Assembly (NCBI GenBank): GCA_050916045.1 | Contig: CP051526.1 | Coordinates: 3,520,001-3,584,000 of the forward strand | Source of the DNA: Tepidisphaera sp. | Lineage (GTDB): Bacteria; Planctomycetota; Phycisphaerae; Phycisphaerales; UBA1924 | Direction of reading: 5' to 3' | DNA: 64,000 nt | Shown here: positions 40,246 to 50,287 of the stretch, piece after piece | Position numbering within the stretch: the stretch's first letter is position 1 | Layout of the letters: every line of letters starts with the position of its first letter | Made by a program: the position numbers and the translations under genes | Notes under the pieces: generated by a model | Databases searched by the model: none | What the model saw: only the letters and a program-made list of their open reading frames with translations | What the model was told of the DNA's origin: nothing

Positions 40246-40944
40246 TTAGCCGAGCGCGTGGAAGAACATCATCCCGGTCTTCATCTTGTCGCTTGCGGCT
40301 TTCGCGTGCGCGGGGATCTCGCTGTAGTCGTGCCAGACCTTGAGCGGGCCGTAGAACTGCCGCGTCCACGGAGCCCGGAAGTTCCAGTTGTTCGGCAGAA
40401 TGAACGGGAGGAACCCGAGGTTGTCGACGGCTTTGGCGAAGCTCGCCTGGTCGTTGCAGTCGGCGATCGCGGTCTGGGTGGCGCTCACGGGGAACTCGTG
40501 GGAGGAGTCTTCCTCGACCGCGAGCCGCTCCCATTCGCGGAAGAGCTTCTCGGCTTCCGGGCCCTTTTTCCAGAAGATGACGCCGGTGTTGTACTCGACC
40601 ATGTCGCCGGCGATCATCTTGTGGTACCGACGGGCGAAGGGAGCTTCGCAGATCGCGACCGCGACGTGGTGCTTGGCCGCTTTCTCAAACCCGTAATCGA
40701 GCCTGTCCATGACGACGGTGTCGATGTCGAGGTAGAGCGTCTCCTCGAACGGCGACCAGTCGTACATCCTGGCTTTGTCGAGCAGCTTCGCGTTCGAAGG
40801 CAGTTCGTGGATGTGGATGCCAAGCTCGGGGTGGACGGTGTAAAGCGAGTTGATGGATCGCTGCATCGCGCCGTCGTGCTTCTTGCTTTTGCCGCGGTTC
40901 CAGATGACGTACAGCACGCCGCGCTTTTTCTGGGGTTTGGCCAT
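40246..40944 (-). CDS. GT-A fold glycosyltransferase (GT8-like)
   Basis: SPFEETLYLDIDT (DxD), YNTGVI, DQASF, WNFR and KVWH. SD AGGAG. Confidence 0.75.
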   Translation of the reverse strand: MAKPQKKRGVLYVIWNRGKSKKHDGAMQRSINSLYTVHPELGIHIHELPSNAKLLDKARMYDWSPFEETLYLDIDTVVMDRLDYGFEKAAKHHVAVAICEAPFARRYHKMIAGDMVEYNTGVIFWKKGPEAEKLFREWERLAVEEDSSHEFPVSATQTAIADCNDQASFAKAVDNLGFLPFILPNNWNFRAPWTRQFYGPLKVWHDYSEIPAHAKAASDKMKTGMMFFHALG

Positions 40945-40971
40945 GTTCTCTCCTGCGTGGGGCGTGCGGAA

Positions 40972-42546
40972 TCAGCGGCGCTTCTTGAACCGGCCGGCGG
41001 ACGCAGCGGTCGAGCCCTTGGGCTTGCCCATCGCGGGCAGGCCGGCGAGACCCGGGAGCATGCCTCCGATGCCCCCCTGCGTTTCGCTGAGGGCTTTCAC
41101 GGCTTTGATCTTGTCCGCGGCGGACATGCTCGCCATGGTCTGGCTGAGCTTGCTGATGGTCTCGAATTGCTTGACGAGCTGAGCGACATCCTCGGGCTTG
41201 CTTCCCGAGCCCTTGGCGATGCGGATTCGACGCGAGACGTTGAGGATCGAGGGCGTCGCCCGTTCCTTTTTGGACATCGAGCAGATGATGGCTTCGACCT
41301 TGTCGAGGGCTTTGTCCTCGATGTGGACGTCCTTCATGAGGGACCCGACGCCGGGGAGCATGCCCATGAGCTGACGCATCGAGCCCATCCTCCGCATCGC
41401 CTTCATCTGCTTGAGGAAGTCGTCCATCGTCATCTGGCCCTTGGCCATCTTGTCGGCGAGGGCGTCGGCTTCCTCCTGGCTGACCTGCTCGTGGGCTTTC
41501 TCGACGAGTGCGAGGACGTCGCCCATGCCGAGAATGCGGCCGGCGTACCGGTCGGCGTGGAACTCTTCGAGCGCGTCGAGCTTTTCACCGACGCCGACGA
41601 ACTTGATCGGCGCACCGGTGACATGCTTGACGGACAGCGCCGCACCACCCCGGGTGTCGCTGTCGAACTTGGTAAGAACGACGCCGTCGACCTCAAGCCG
41701 CTGGTGGAAGGACTTGGCGGAGTTCACCGCGTCCTGACCCGTCATCGCGTCGACAACGAGGTAGATGAGGTGCGGGTTGAGCAGCTTGTTGACGCTCGAA
41801 AGCTCGCCCATCAGCTCGTCGTTGACGTGCAAACGGCCGGCAGTATCGAGAATGACGGTGTCGACGCCCTGGGCACGGGCTTCGGCAAGCGCCCGCTGGC
41901 AGACCTGAACCGCGACGCCGACGGCTTTCCCGTACGCGGCGACCTTGTCGGGCTCGGCGTAGCAGACGACCTTCCCGCCTCCGGGCGCGTCCTTCTGCAC
42001 CTGCGCGGCGACGGTCTGGAGCTGTTCCACGGCCGCGGGACGCTGAAGGTCGGCCGCGACAAGCATCACGCTCCGGCCACGCTTCTTGAGGAACGCCGCG
42101 AGCTTGCCGCACGTCGTCGTCTTGCCCGAGCCCTGCAGACCGCACATCATGACGATGGTCGGCCCAGGCGTCATCCGCGGGATCGGGTCCGACGGAGCTT
42201 TCAGCGTCGGAGCCAGCGGCATGCCGGGCGGCAGACCCAGCCCGCTCCCGGGTTGCGCGTCCGTCGCGGGATCAGCCGGCGTCCCGCCGAGGAACTTCAC
42301 GAGCTCCTCGTGAACGATCCCGATGATCTCCTGGCCGGGCTTGAGGCTCTTGGTGACCTCGCGGCCGAGCGACGACTTCAGGACCTGATCGGTGAAAGCG
42401 TTGACGACGTCAAGGTGCACGTCCGCGTCAAGCAGGGCTTTCCGCACGTCGCCCATCGCGTCGCGAACATTGGACTCGGAAATGTTCGCCTGGCCCGAAA
42501 GCTTGCGATAAAGGCCCTGAAAAGCGTCTGTCAGCCGATCGAACAT
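40972..42546 (-). CDS. ffh: Signal recognition particle protein Ffh
   Basis: Start MFDRLT at 42546. ALLDADV, GLQGSGKTT, DTAGRL, DAMTGQ, TKFD..RGG, RILGMGD and the M-domain SRRIRIAKGSG. Confidence 0.96.
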   Translation of the reverse strand: MFDRLTDAFQGLYRKLSGQANISESNVRDAMGDVRKALLDADVHLDVVNAFTDQVLKSSLGREVTKSLKPGQEIIGIVHEELVKFLGGTPADPATDAQPGSGLGLPPGMPLAPTLKAPSDPIPRMTPGPTIVMMCGLQGSGKTTTCGKLAAFLKKRGRSVMLVAADLQRPAAVEQLQTVAAQVQKDAPGGGKVVCYAEPDKVAAYGKAVGVAVQVCQRALAEARAQGVDTVILDTAGRLHVNDELMGELSSVNKLLNPHLIYLVVDAMTGQDAVNSAKSFHQRLEVDGVVLTKFDSDTRGGAALSVKHVTGAPIKFVGVGEKLDALEEFHADRYAGRILGMGDVLALVEKAHEQVSQEEADALADKMAKGQMTMDDFLKQMKAMRRMGSMRQLMGMLPGVGSLMKDVHIEDKALDKVEAIICSMSKKERATPSILNVSRRIRIAKGSGSKPEDVAQLVKQFETISKLSQTMASMSAADKIKAVKALSETQGGIGGMLPGLAGLPAMGKPKGSTAASAGRFKKRR

Positions 42547-42681
42547 GCAAAAACCCTCCGCGGAGAGAAAAATCCGGGCGCGGACAGGGCTTGACCGGGC
42601 CGAGTCTAGGTCCGCCCACCCCCGCCGGGCGACCCCCGCCCCTCCCGGACGCCGAACCTTCGCCCGCGATAGACTTTCGGC

Positions 42682-43425
42682 GTGCAGAACATCGGAAACT
42701 ACCTCCACCTGATCATCCTCGCCCTCTTCCTCCTGGGCGGGTTCTTCAGTTGGCTCAGCAAGACCCTCAAAGAACAATCCGAAGCCAAGCGTGCCCGCGA
42801 TCGTCGCGAGCGTGCCCAGATGGAAGCTCTCCGCACGGGCCGTGCCGCCTCCGACGAAGCTCCCATCTCCGACGAGAGCGCGACGACGGCCCAGCGCCGC
42901 CTTCAGGAGCTCTCAGAACGCCGCAAGCGCCAACTCGATGAGCTCCGTGCCCGCCAAGCGGCCGCGGCCGCCGCCGGCTTCTCTGTCCAGTCAGCCTCAC
43001 CCGTCCCGCCCCCCCTCCCTGCGTCGCAAGAATCCAGCGCCGCCGAAGCCAAACGCCGCGAAGCGGCACGCCGGCAGGAACGCCAGCGTGCCGAAGCCGC
43101 CCGCCGACGCGAAGCCGCTCGCCTCGCCGCTCAGTCGCAGACCGAGCAGCAGCGAGAACAAACCATCGCCCAAACCCGCCGCGACTCGCAACGGCAGGCC
43201 CAGCGCGACGCCACCCGCAAGGAACAAGCGACCGCTTCCGAAGCCGTCATGGCCGCCGCGTTCGCTCTCCCCGCGGTGCTCCCGCCCGTCGCGCAGATCA
43301 AAGCCCGGACGCCCGGTATCGCGGCCATCGGCAAGCTCACCACTGAGGACCTCCGCAAAGCGGTCCTCATGCAGGAGATCCTGAATCCGCCGGTCTCGAC
43401 GCGCCGGCCTGGAGGTGGCTTCTGA
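42682..43425 (+). CDS. Hypothetical protein (N-terminal TM, coiled coil)
   Basis: N-terminal TM helix, an R/E/Q/A-rich coil and C-terminal LRKAVLMQEILNPPVS. The stop overlaps the next ATG. Confidence 0.75.
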   Translation: MQNIGNYLHLIILALFLLGGFFSWLSKTLKEQSEAKRARDRRERAQMEALRTGRAASDEAPISDESATTAQRRLQELSERRKRQLDELRARQAAAAAAGFSVQSASPVPPPLPASQESSAAEAKRREAARRQERQRAEAARRREAARLAAQSQTEQQREQTIAQTRRDSQRQAQRDATRKEQATASEAVMAAAFALPAVLPPVAQIKARTPGIAAIGKLTTEDLRKAVLMQEILNPPVSTRRPGGGF

Positions 43426-44249
43426 TGCGTCCTCTGATGCTTCCGGCCCTCGCGGCCGCCGCGCTCTCACTGGCGGGGTGCGGCTCGCTCGAGATCGATC
43501 CCAACGCCGAGGGCGAGGGGCTCTTTGAACTGATGTTCAACAGCCGCCCGCTGACGAACATCGTCAACGACGCTCAGGATCCCTTCGACCCCGACCGCCG
43601 CGCCCGCGGCATGCTCGCCCTCTCGACCACCTCGGCCGGAGGCGACCCCGCGTACGTCTCCCTCTACGCCGAGAACGCCGAGGACCCGGACCCAAGCGTC
43701 CGCGCCGCCGCTCTCAAAGCCCTCGGCCGTCACGGTACCGCCGAGCACACGGCGATCATGACCAAAGCCCTCACGACCGACAAGGACCCCGGCGTCCGTC
43801 AGGAAGCCGCACGCTCGCTCCAACGCGTGCACAATCCCGAAACCATCGAGCCGCTCCTCGCCGCCATCCGCCTGCCGGATGTCGCCAAAGGACAGTGGGA
43901 AGAGGACGCCGAAGTGCGGGCCCAAGCCGCGCTCGCCCTCGCTCAGTACCGCGAGCAGAAGGTGCTGCAGGGTTTGGTCTCCGCCCTCTACGACCCGCGC
44001 CTCGCCGTGAACCGCAACGCGCTGGTCGCCCTCCGCACGCTCACAGGCCAGGATTTCGGGTACGAACGCCTCGCGTGGGCTGCGTGGATCAAGGAGACGC
44101 CGAATCCCTTCGCGGGCGCGATCGTCTTCGAGTACCCCGCTTACTCCAGAGAGAAGACGCTCGTCGAGTACCTGCCCTTCGTGCCCAAGCCGCCGAACGA
44201 ACCCTCGACCACGCCCGCCGGGATGCCCCTGGGTCCGGTCAGTCGGTAA
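43425..44249 (+). CDS. HEAT-repeat lipoprotein
   Basis: Lipobox LAG-C. Repeats DPSVRAAALKALG, DPGVRQEAARSL and DAEVRAQAALAL, then LTGQDFG. Confidence 0.82.
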   Translation: MRPLMLPALAAAALSLAGCGSLEIDPNAEGEGLFELMFNSRPLTNIVNDAQDPFDPDRRARGMLALSTTSAGGDPAYVSLYAENAEDPDPSVRAAALKALGRHGTAEHTAIMTKALTTDKDPGVRQEAARSLQRVHNPETIEPLLAAIRLPDVAKGQWEEDAEVRAQAALALAQYREQKVLQGLVSALYDPRLAVNRNALVALRTLTGQDFGYERLAWAAWIKETPNPFAGAIVFEYPAYSREKTLVEYLPFVPKPPNEPSTTPAGMPLGPVSR

Positions 44250-44322
44250 GTTGAGCATCTCGCGCGTCCGGTAACGGATCTCGTCGCGCACTTGCCGCGC
44301 TCATCCGGTCGATAGCACCCCG

Positions 44323-45291
44323 GTGAGTCCGCACGTCCAGCCCGGCACCATCAACGCCCCCGATCGCACCGCGACCCCGCTCGCGAAGGTGCGGGTCGTG
44401 CGCGCGCTGGCGACCTCGGTCGACGCGGCGCCGCTCGCGACCGCTCGCACAATCGCGCCCGGTCACCTGGGAGCGGGGGTGGTCGAATCGGTCGAAGGAT
44501 CCGCGGAGCTCGCGGCCCGCTGGGTCGGTAAGCGGGTGACGTGGAATCCGGTGGCGGCGTGTGCGCGGTGCGATCGGTGCCGCGCGGGCCTCTCGGCGCA
44601 CTGCGAAGAGCGCACGGTGCTTGGCTTTGGCGTCCGCGCGGGGTGCTTGGCGGCGGGTGTGGTGGTGCCCGCTCGCGACCTCATCGAGGTTCCGGCGAAG
44701 GTGGATGATGATCGCGCGGCGTTCGCGGGGCTGGTGGGAGCGGTGCTTCAGCTCGGCCACGCGGTGCGCCTTGACGGCAAGACGTTTGTCACGGTGCTTG
44801 GGGATGGGCCGGTGGGCCTTCTGACCGCGCAGATCATGGCCGGGCGGAACGCGTCGGTCCGGCTGCTCGGCCGGCACGAAGCCCGCTTCTCACTGGCCGA
44901 GCGCTGGGGTGTCAAGCACCGGCACGAAAGCGAGGTGGGCCGGCGGCACGATCAGGACATCGTGATCGACTGCACCGGTTCGCCCTCGGGTCTCGCGCTC
45001 GCTTCGCGTCTGGTGCGGCCGCGGGGCACGATCGTGATCAAGGGCCCGCCGCACGCGGACGCCCTGCCCGAGGAGAAGCTCTGGCCCGCGGATCTCGCGC
45101 CGCTGATCGCCGCCGAAGTGACCCTCAAGCACGTCTCTGCCGTCAGCACTCGGGAAGGCTTGGACGCGGTCGCTTCGGGTGCGGTCGATGTGCTCGCGCT
45201 TGCTGCCAAGCGGTTCACCCTCGCGAGCGTCGGAAAGGCCCTCGCCGCCGCCCGGGACCGCCAGATCGCGGCGGTCATCGTGGAAGCCTGA
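44323..45291 (+). CDS. Zinc-binding dehydrogenase (MDR) family protein with an apparently degenerate catalytic site
   Basis: Structural Zn CARCDRC..HC, Rossmann GDGPVG and VIDCTG are present, but GHL replaces GHE and the catalytic Cys is absent. Confidence 0.75.
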   Translation: MSPHVQPGTINAPDRTATPLAKVRVVRALATSVDAAPLATARTIAPGHLGAGVVESVEGSAELAARWVGKRVTWNPVAACARCDRCRAGLSAHCEERTVLGFGVRAGCLAAGVVVPARDLIEVPAKVDDDRAAFAGLVGAVLQLGHAVRLDGKTFVTVLGDGPVGLLTAQIMAGRNASVRLLGRHEARFSLAERWGVKHRHESEVGRRHDQDIVIDCTGSPSGLALASRLVRPRGTIVIKGPPHADALPEEKLWPADLAPLIAAEVTLKHVSAVSTREGLDAVASGAVDVLALAAKRFTLASVGKALAAARDRQIAAVIVEA

Positions 45292-45313
45292 CCTCGCACC
45301 CCTACCGTCGAGC

Positions 45314-46177
45314 ATGCAGTTTCACTTCCTGGGAACGGGAACCTCGGCGGGCGTGCCCAGCATCGGCTGCGACTGCGCCGTCTGCACCAGTTCCGATCCG
45401 CGGGACCAGCGTCTCCGCACCTCCGCCGCGATCGTCTACCAAGACCCACAAGCACGCCACGACGACAAGAAGCGGACCGTTCTGATCGACGCCGGCCCGG
45501 ACCTGCGGCAGCAGGCGCTCCGGTCCAAGCTCACCCGCTGCGACGCGATCTTCTTCACGCACAACCATGTGGACCACACCTTCGGCCTTGACGAGATCCG
45601 GCGGTTCAATGTCGTGCAGCGAGCGCCGGTCGACCTCTTCGCGGAGGAGCACACGATGAAGTTCCTCCATCGCGTCTATGAGCACGTCTTCGACCCGGCC
45701 AAGAACATCAACGACAGCTTCGTCGCCTCCGTGATCGCGCACAGGCTGACGCCGTCGCTTTCGCCGGTGGACGTGCACGGGCTTCGCTGGACGCCGATCC
45801 GTCTGCTTCACGGGAGGCTTCCGGTCCTGGGCTATCGCATCGAGCCCGCGCCGCGTTCGACGCTGAACGCCCCCTGGCTTCCGCTGGCGTACTGCACGGA
45901 CATGTCGGCGCTGCCGCCCGAGTCATGGCCGCTTCTCGAAGGGTTGAGCACGCTCGTGATCGACGCTCTGCGCTTCCGCAAGCATCCGACGCATCTGACC
46001 ATCGATGAGGCTCTCTCGATCATCGATCGCGTCCGGCCCAAGCGGGCGTACCTCACGCACATGGCGCACGAGGTCGCTCACGCGGAAACGCAGGAACAGC
46101 TGCCGGAGAACGTGTTCCTCGCGTACGACGGCCTGGTGCTCGAAGCCGAACCTGCCGCGGGCGCGAGAGCTCCGTAG
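45314..46177 (+). CDS. MBL-fold metallo-hydrolase (PhnP-like)
   Basis: FLGTGTSAGVP..CDCAVC, LIDAGPDLRQQ, THNHVDH, YCTD, HPTH, LTHMAH and LAYDGL. Confidence 0.9.
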   Translation: MQFHFLGTGTSAGVPSIGCDCAVCTSSDPRDQRLRTSAAIVYQDPQARHDDKKRTVLIDAGPDLRQQALRSKLTRCDAIFFTHNHVDHTFGLDEIRRFNVVQRAPVDLFAEEHTMKFLHRVYEHVFDPAKNINDSFVASVIAHRLTPSLSPVDVHGLRWTPIRLLHGRLPVLGYRIEPAPRSTLNAPWLPLAYCTDMSALPPESWPLLEGLSTLVIDALRFRKHPTHLTIDEALSIIDRVRPKRAYLTHMAHEVAHAETQEQLPENVFLAYDGLVLEAEPAAGARAP

Positions 46178-46459
46178 CCCGACATGACGGCCATGGGCGG
46201 ATCCGGCCTCGGCGCGAACGCTCGGCCTTCACCGGCGACGCACCCCGACGGGGTGCGAACCGGTTCCGACTGGCGCGGTTATGCGGGCAATGCGGGGCGA
46301 ATCCGATGAAATTTCACGGAATCCTGCAACTCTCGCGTGAGTCCGCCCATTATCTCTCGTAGTGCATCTAGGCACTCACGGTCCAAACCGGCATCTCGGG
46401 GAGGATCGCGGTGGAATCGATGGTTTGAAGCTTTGAGAGATTGGCTGGGAGGGATCGTC

Positions 46460-47620
46460 ATGAAGACGTTGTCTTCGCGGATGTCGTCCGCGCCGGGGCT
46501 TCTCGCCCTGTCGCTGATGGCAGGTAGTTCCTATGCACAGTGCGCGTACAACCCGGTCGTCCTGCGTGCGGCAACAAGCTCCTGGACGCAGCAGTGCGAC
46601 GGACGCTGGAGCCCCGCGGGCGCGATCGACGCCAACCCCGGGTCGGGCTGGGCGATCGGCAACTGCTGGGCCCCCGGCGATCGGACGATGAGCCAGACCA
46701 TCGTCTTCGAATCGGTCCCCGCGCCCTCGCTCCTCACCGCGACGCGTGTGCGCATCCGGATCCATTCCGGCGGGTTCCACTCCTGCTGCGGCGGCGGACA
46801 CTTGACGCTCGGCGCGTTCCGCCTGTCCGTCACCGACGATCCTCAGAACACCTTCGCGAACGGCGCCGCCGTCAACGGCATGGTCGACGCCAACTGGTAC
46901 ACACTCATCCCAGACGCGATGTCGGCCCAACCGGCGGATCCGTGGGGCAACCCGCGGACCGGTGCAAGCCCGACGCTTTCCATCCTCGACGACGACGTCA
47001 TCCTCGCAAGCGGAGCGAACCCGGAGTGCGCCTGGTACACCGTCGAAGCGGAGCTTCCGATCTCGGGCGTCACGGGCGTGCGCCTCGAACTGATCGACTT
47101 CAACGGATCCAGCCTCGCTCCGGCGAACGGCCTCTTCACCGGCGGCCCGGGCCGCCACAGCAACGGCAACGCTCTCATCCGACAGATGACCGTGGAAGCG
47201 GCGGCGGGCGTCCCTTCCATCGCCGAGCAGCCCGTCGACGCCGTCGCGTGCGGCGACGGCGCGGCTTCCTTCTCGATCCAAGCGGCGGTTCCGGGAGCGT
47301 CGTACCAGTGGCGTTTCAACGGATCACCGATCTCCGGCGCGACCGCCGCGACGCTGTCGCTGGCAGGCGTTGATGAGTCGCACGACGGGATGTACGACTG
47401 CGTCATCTCGACCGCGTGCGGCAGCGTCACGAGCGCCGCCGCCCGGCTGAACGTCTGTCTGGCCGAGTTCAACTGCGACGGTGCGCTCGACTACTTCGAC
47501 TACGAGGACTTCGTCTTCGCGTTCGAGACCGGCCAGCCGCGAGCCGACCGCAACGAAGACGGCTTCATCGACTTCTTCGACTACACATGGTTCGTGACCG
47601 AGTACGAAACAGGATGCTGA
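46460..47620 (+). CDS. Secreted protein with discoidin-like modules, Ig-like domain and GC-ending dockerin-like tail
   Basis: Signal peptide. AIDANPGSGWAI..LGAFRLSVT. YQWRFNG..DGMYDCVIS (Ig). EFNCDGALDYFDY..DRNEDGFIDFFDY..ETGC. Confidence 0.8.
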   Translation: MKTLSSRMSSAPGLLALSLMAGSSYAQCAYNPVVLRAATSSWTQQCDGRWSPAGAIDANPGSGWAIGNCWAPGDRTMSQTIVFESVPAPSLLTATRVRIRIHSGGFHSCCGGGHLTLGAFRLSVTDDPQNTFANGAAVNGMVDANWYTLIPDAMSAQPADPWGNPRTGASPTLSILDDDVILASGANPECAWYTVEAELPISGVTGVRLELIDFNGSSLAPANGLFTGGPGRHSNGNALIRQMTVEAAAGVPSIAEQPVDAVACGDGAASFSIQAAVPGASYQWRFNGSPISGATAATLSLAGVDESHDGMYDCVISTACGSVTSAAARLNVCLAEFNCDGALDYFDYEDFVFAFETGQPRADRNEDGFIDFFDYTWFVTEYETGC

Positions 47621-47720
47621 CGCCGGGGAGGGAATCCCCTGAATCCTCCGTGAACGCCGCTCGCCCCTCGCGTAAGGGACGGCGGCGGTTTCCGCCCGCG
47701 CCGCTCGCACGGCCCCGTGA

Positions 47721-47754
47721 AACAAAAAGGCGGCGGTCGCAAGACCGCCGCCTT
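47721..47754 (-). terminator. Rho-independent terminator of the glutamine synthetase gene
   Basis: AAGGCGGCGGTC-GCAA-GACCGCCGCCTT with a T-tract on the minus strand. Confidence 0.8.
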
Positions 47755-47779
47755 CACGGGCATGATGGAGGTGACGCCT

Positions 47780-49972
47780 TTACCGGATGTGGAGCATCTC
47801 GCGGTAGGTGGGCATCGGCCAGAGGTCGGCCGGGATGATCTGCTCGAGCGTGTCGACGATCTCGCGGAGCTCGGCCATCGCGGGCTTGACCTGGTCGCGG
47901 ATGTGCTCGGCGTGCTTGTGGTGGTTGCCGGGCTCGTTGTCCGCGTGCTTCTGCAGCTTGTTGATCGCGGTGCGGAGCTTGCCGACCATCTCGACGAGCT
48001 CTTCGAGCTGGCCGCGGGTGTCGCCGGCTTCGACGTCGGCGGCTTCGGTGGCCGCGACGGCTTCGGCCAGTTCGGTCTGAGCGCGGAGAGCCGCGGGGAG
48101 GATCTGGGTGCGGGCCATGAGGATGGCGGTCTCGGCCTCGATGAGGAGCTGCTTGATGTACTTCTCGAGGTAGATGTGCTCGCGGCTCTCGACCTCGATC
48201 TTGCTGAAGACCTTGAACTTCTTGAAGAGGTCGATGTTCTTCTTGCTGCCCAGCACGGAGAGAGCGGCGACGCTTTCGCGGTTGTTGAGGAGCCCGCGGC
48301 GGGCGGCTTCATCGTGCCAGCTCTTGTCGTAGCCGTCGCCGTTGAAGATCACCCGCTTGTGCTGCTTGATGATCTTCTGGAGGACGACGCGGACCGCGGC
48401 CTGGATCTTGGCGGGGTCTTCGGTGTTCTTGCCGATGGCTTTCTCAAGCTCGCCGCAGACGAAATCGAGGCTGTCGGCGACCATCGTGTTGAGGACCGTG
48501 GTCGGCCACGCGACGGCCTGGCTGCTGCCGACGGCCCGGAACTCGAACTTGTTGCCGGTGAACGCGAAGGGGCTGGTGCGGTTGCGGTCGCCGGTGTCCT
48601 TGGGAAGCTGGGGGAGAGCCTTGGAGCCCAAGTCAAGCTTGCCGCCCTTCATGGTGCTCTTGGCGGTGCCGGACTCGATCTGCTCGACGATGTCGGCAAG
48701 CATGTCGCCGAGGAAGATCGACATGATGGCGGGCGGGGCTTCGTTGGCGCCCAGGCGGTGATCGTTACCGGCGTGGGCGACGCTGGCGCGGAGGAGGTCC
48801 GCGTGCAGGTCGACCGCACGGATCACCGCACAAAGCGTCGTGAGGAAGATCATGTTGGTGTGCGTCTCGCCGCGCGGGTCAAGCAGGTTGACGCCGGTGT
48901 CCGTCGCGATCGACCAGTTCACGTGCTTGCCCGACCCGTTGATCCCGGCGAAGGGCTTCTCGACCAGCAAGCACGCGAAATTGTGCCGCTGCGCGACCCG
49001 CTTGAGGGTCTCCATGACGACCATCTGGTGGTCGGAAGCGACGTTGGCGGTCTCGAAGATGGGAGCGACTTCGAACTGGCAGGGCGCAACCTCGTTGTGC
49101 CGCGTCTTGATCGGCACGCCAAGGCGGTAGAGTTCCCGCTCGCTCTCGGCCATGAACGCCATGACGCGCGACGGGATCGACCCGAAGTAGTGGTCCTCGA
49201 GCTGCTGGTGCTTGGGCGGCTTGGCGCCAAAGAGCGTCCGCTCACAGGCCAGCAGGTCCTGGCGGTTGTAGTAGTGCTCGCGGTCGATCAGGAAGTACTC
49301 CTGCTCGCAGCCGCAGGTCGCCGTGACGCGGTTGACGCCGCCGGCGGCTCCGAAGATCTCAAGCAGGCGGATCGCCTGCTCGCTGACCGCGTCCATCGAG
49401 CGGAGCAGCGGGGTCTTGTGGTCGAGGGCCTCGCCGGTCCAGCTGACGAACGCGGTCGGGATACAGAGCGTGACCGCTCCCGCGTTGCGGGTGAGGAAGA
49501 CGGGGCTGGTGCAGTCCCACGCCGTGTAGCCGCGGGCTTCGAACGTCGCGCGAATGCCGCCGGAGGGGAACGACGAAGCGTCGGGCTCGCCCTGCACGAG
49601 GGCGGACCCGGCGAACTCGCTCAAAGCCCCGCCGTGGCCGTCGGGAACGATGAACGCGTCGTGCTTCTCGGCGGTAAGGCCGGTCAGCGGCTGGAACCAG
49701 TGGGTGTAGTGCGTCGCGCCGCGCTCGATCGCCCAGTCCTTCATCGCCGAAGCGATGACATCCGCGAGCTGGGCGTTGAGGGGCTCGCCGCGCTGGATGG
49801 TCCGCTGGATCTGCTTGAACACGTCCTTGGGCAGGCGCTGGCGCATCACGCGCTCGCTGAAGACGTCGGCGCCGAACAGAGCATCGACGGTCTGCGGCAC
49901 CCGGGATTGCTGCTGCTGGCCGTAAACGCCGTTCCGCAGTTCCATCCCAGACTCCATCGACGTGCTGCTCAT
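47780..49972 (-). CDS. Glutamine synthetase type III
   Basis: [55 protein letters not shown] and [18 protein letters not shown]. The ATG at 49972 follows GAGGAG. Confidence 0.95.
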   Translation of the reverse strand: MSSTSMESGMELRNGVYGQQQQSRVPQTVDALFGADVFSERVMRQRLPKDVFKQIQRTIQRGEPLNAQLADVIASAMKDWAIERGATHYTHWFQPLTGLTAEKHDAFIVPDGHGGALSEFAGSALVQGEPDASSFPSGGIRATFEARGYTAWDCTSPVFLTRNAGAVTLCIPTAFVSWTGEALDHKTPLLRSMDAVSEQAIRLLEIFGAAGGVNRVTATCGCEQEYFLIDREHYYNRQDLLACERTLFGAKPPKHQQLEDHYFGSIPSRVMAFMAESERELYRLGVPIKTRHNEVAPCQFEVAPIFETANVASDHQMVVMETLKRVAQRHNFACLLVEKPFAGINGSGKHVNWSIATDTGVNLLDPRGETHTNMIFLTTLCAVIRAVDLHADLLRASVAHAGNDHRLGANEAPPAIMSIFLGDMLADIVEQIESGTAKSTMKGGKLDLGSKALPQLPKDTGDRNRTSPFAFTGNKFEFRAVGSSQAVAWPTTVLNTMVADSLDFVCGELEKAIGKNTEDPAKIQAAVRVVLQKIIKQHKRVIFNGDGYDKSWHDEAARRGLLNNRESVAALSVLGSKKNIDLFKKFKVFSKIEVESREHIYLEKYIKQLLIEAETAILMARTQILPAALRAQTELAEAVAATEAADVEAGDTRGQLEELVEMVGKLRTAINKLQKHADNEPGNHHKHAEHIRDQVKPAMAELREIVDTLEQIIPADLWPMPTYREMLHIR

Positions 49973-50287
49973 TGCGAACTCCTCAAGCAACCGGTCCGGG
50001 GTTCGCCAACACGGCGTCGCCCGATGCCGGACAAGATTCGACCCAAACGCTCCCCTGTTCGGTCGCCCCGAACACCGCCCGGTCCCACTCGGCGACGGGC
50101 CGACAGCGACCGCGATGATAGCCAGCACCCCCGCGACGCCGACGGCCACCGGCCGACATGGACCTCCTTTTTTGAACGACTTTTCGGCCTCCCACGGCCT
50201 GAGCAGTTTACGGAAGCGTTACACTTCGCGTGAAGCGGTTCGCCGCTCCCCGACGGACGCGAAAGGCGTCCGTTCGTAGCGGATTTC

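Noticed and set aside
46307..46316. Palindrome TGAAATTTCA upstream of the Ig/dockerin gene
   Set aside because: It could be an operator, but it is a single 10-bp palindrome with no regulator nearby, which is insufficient support.
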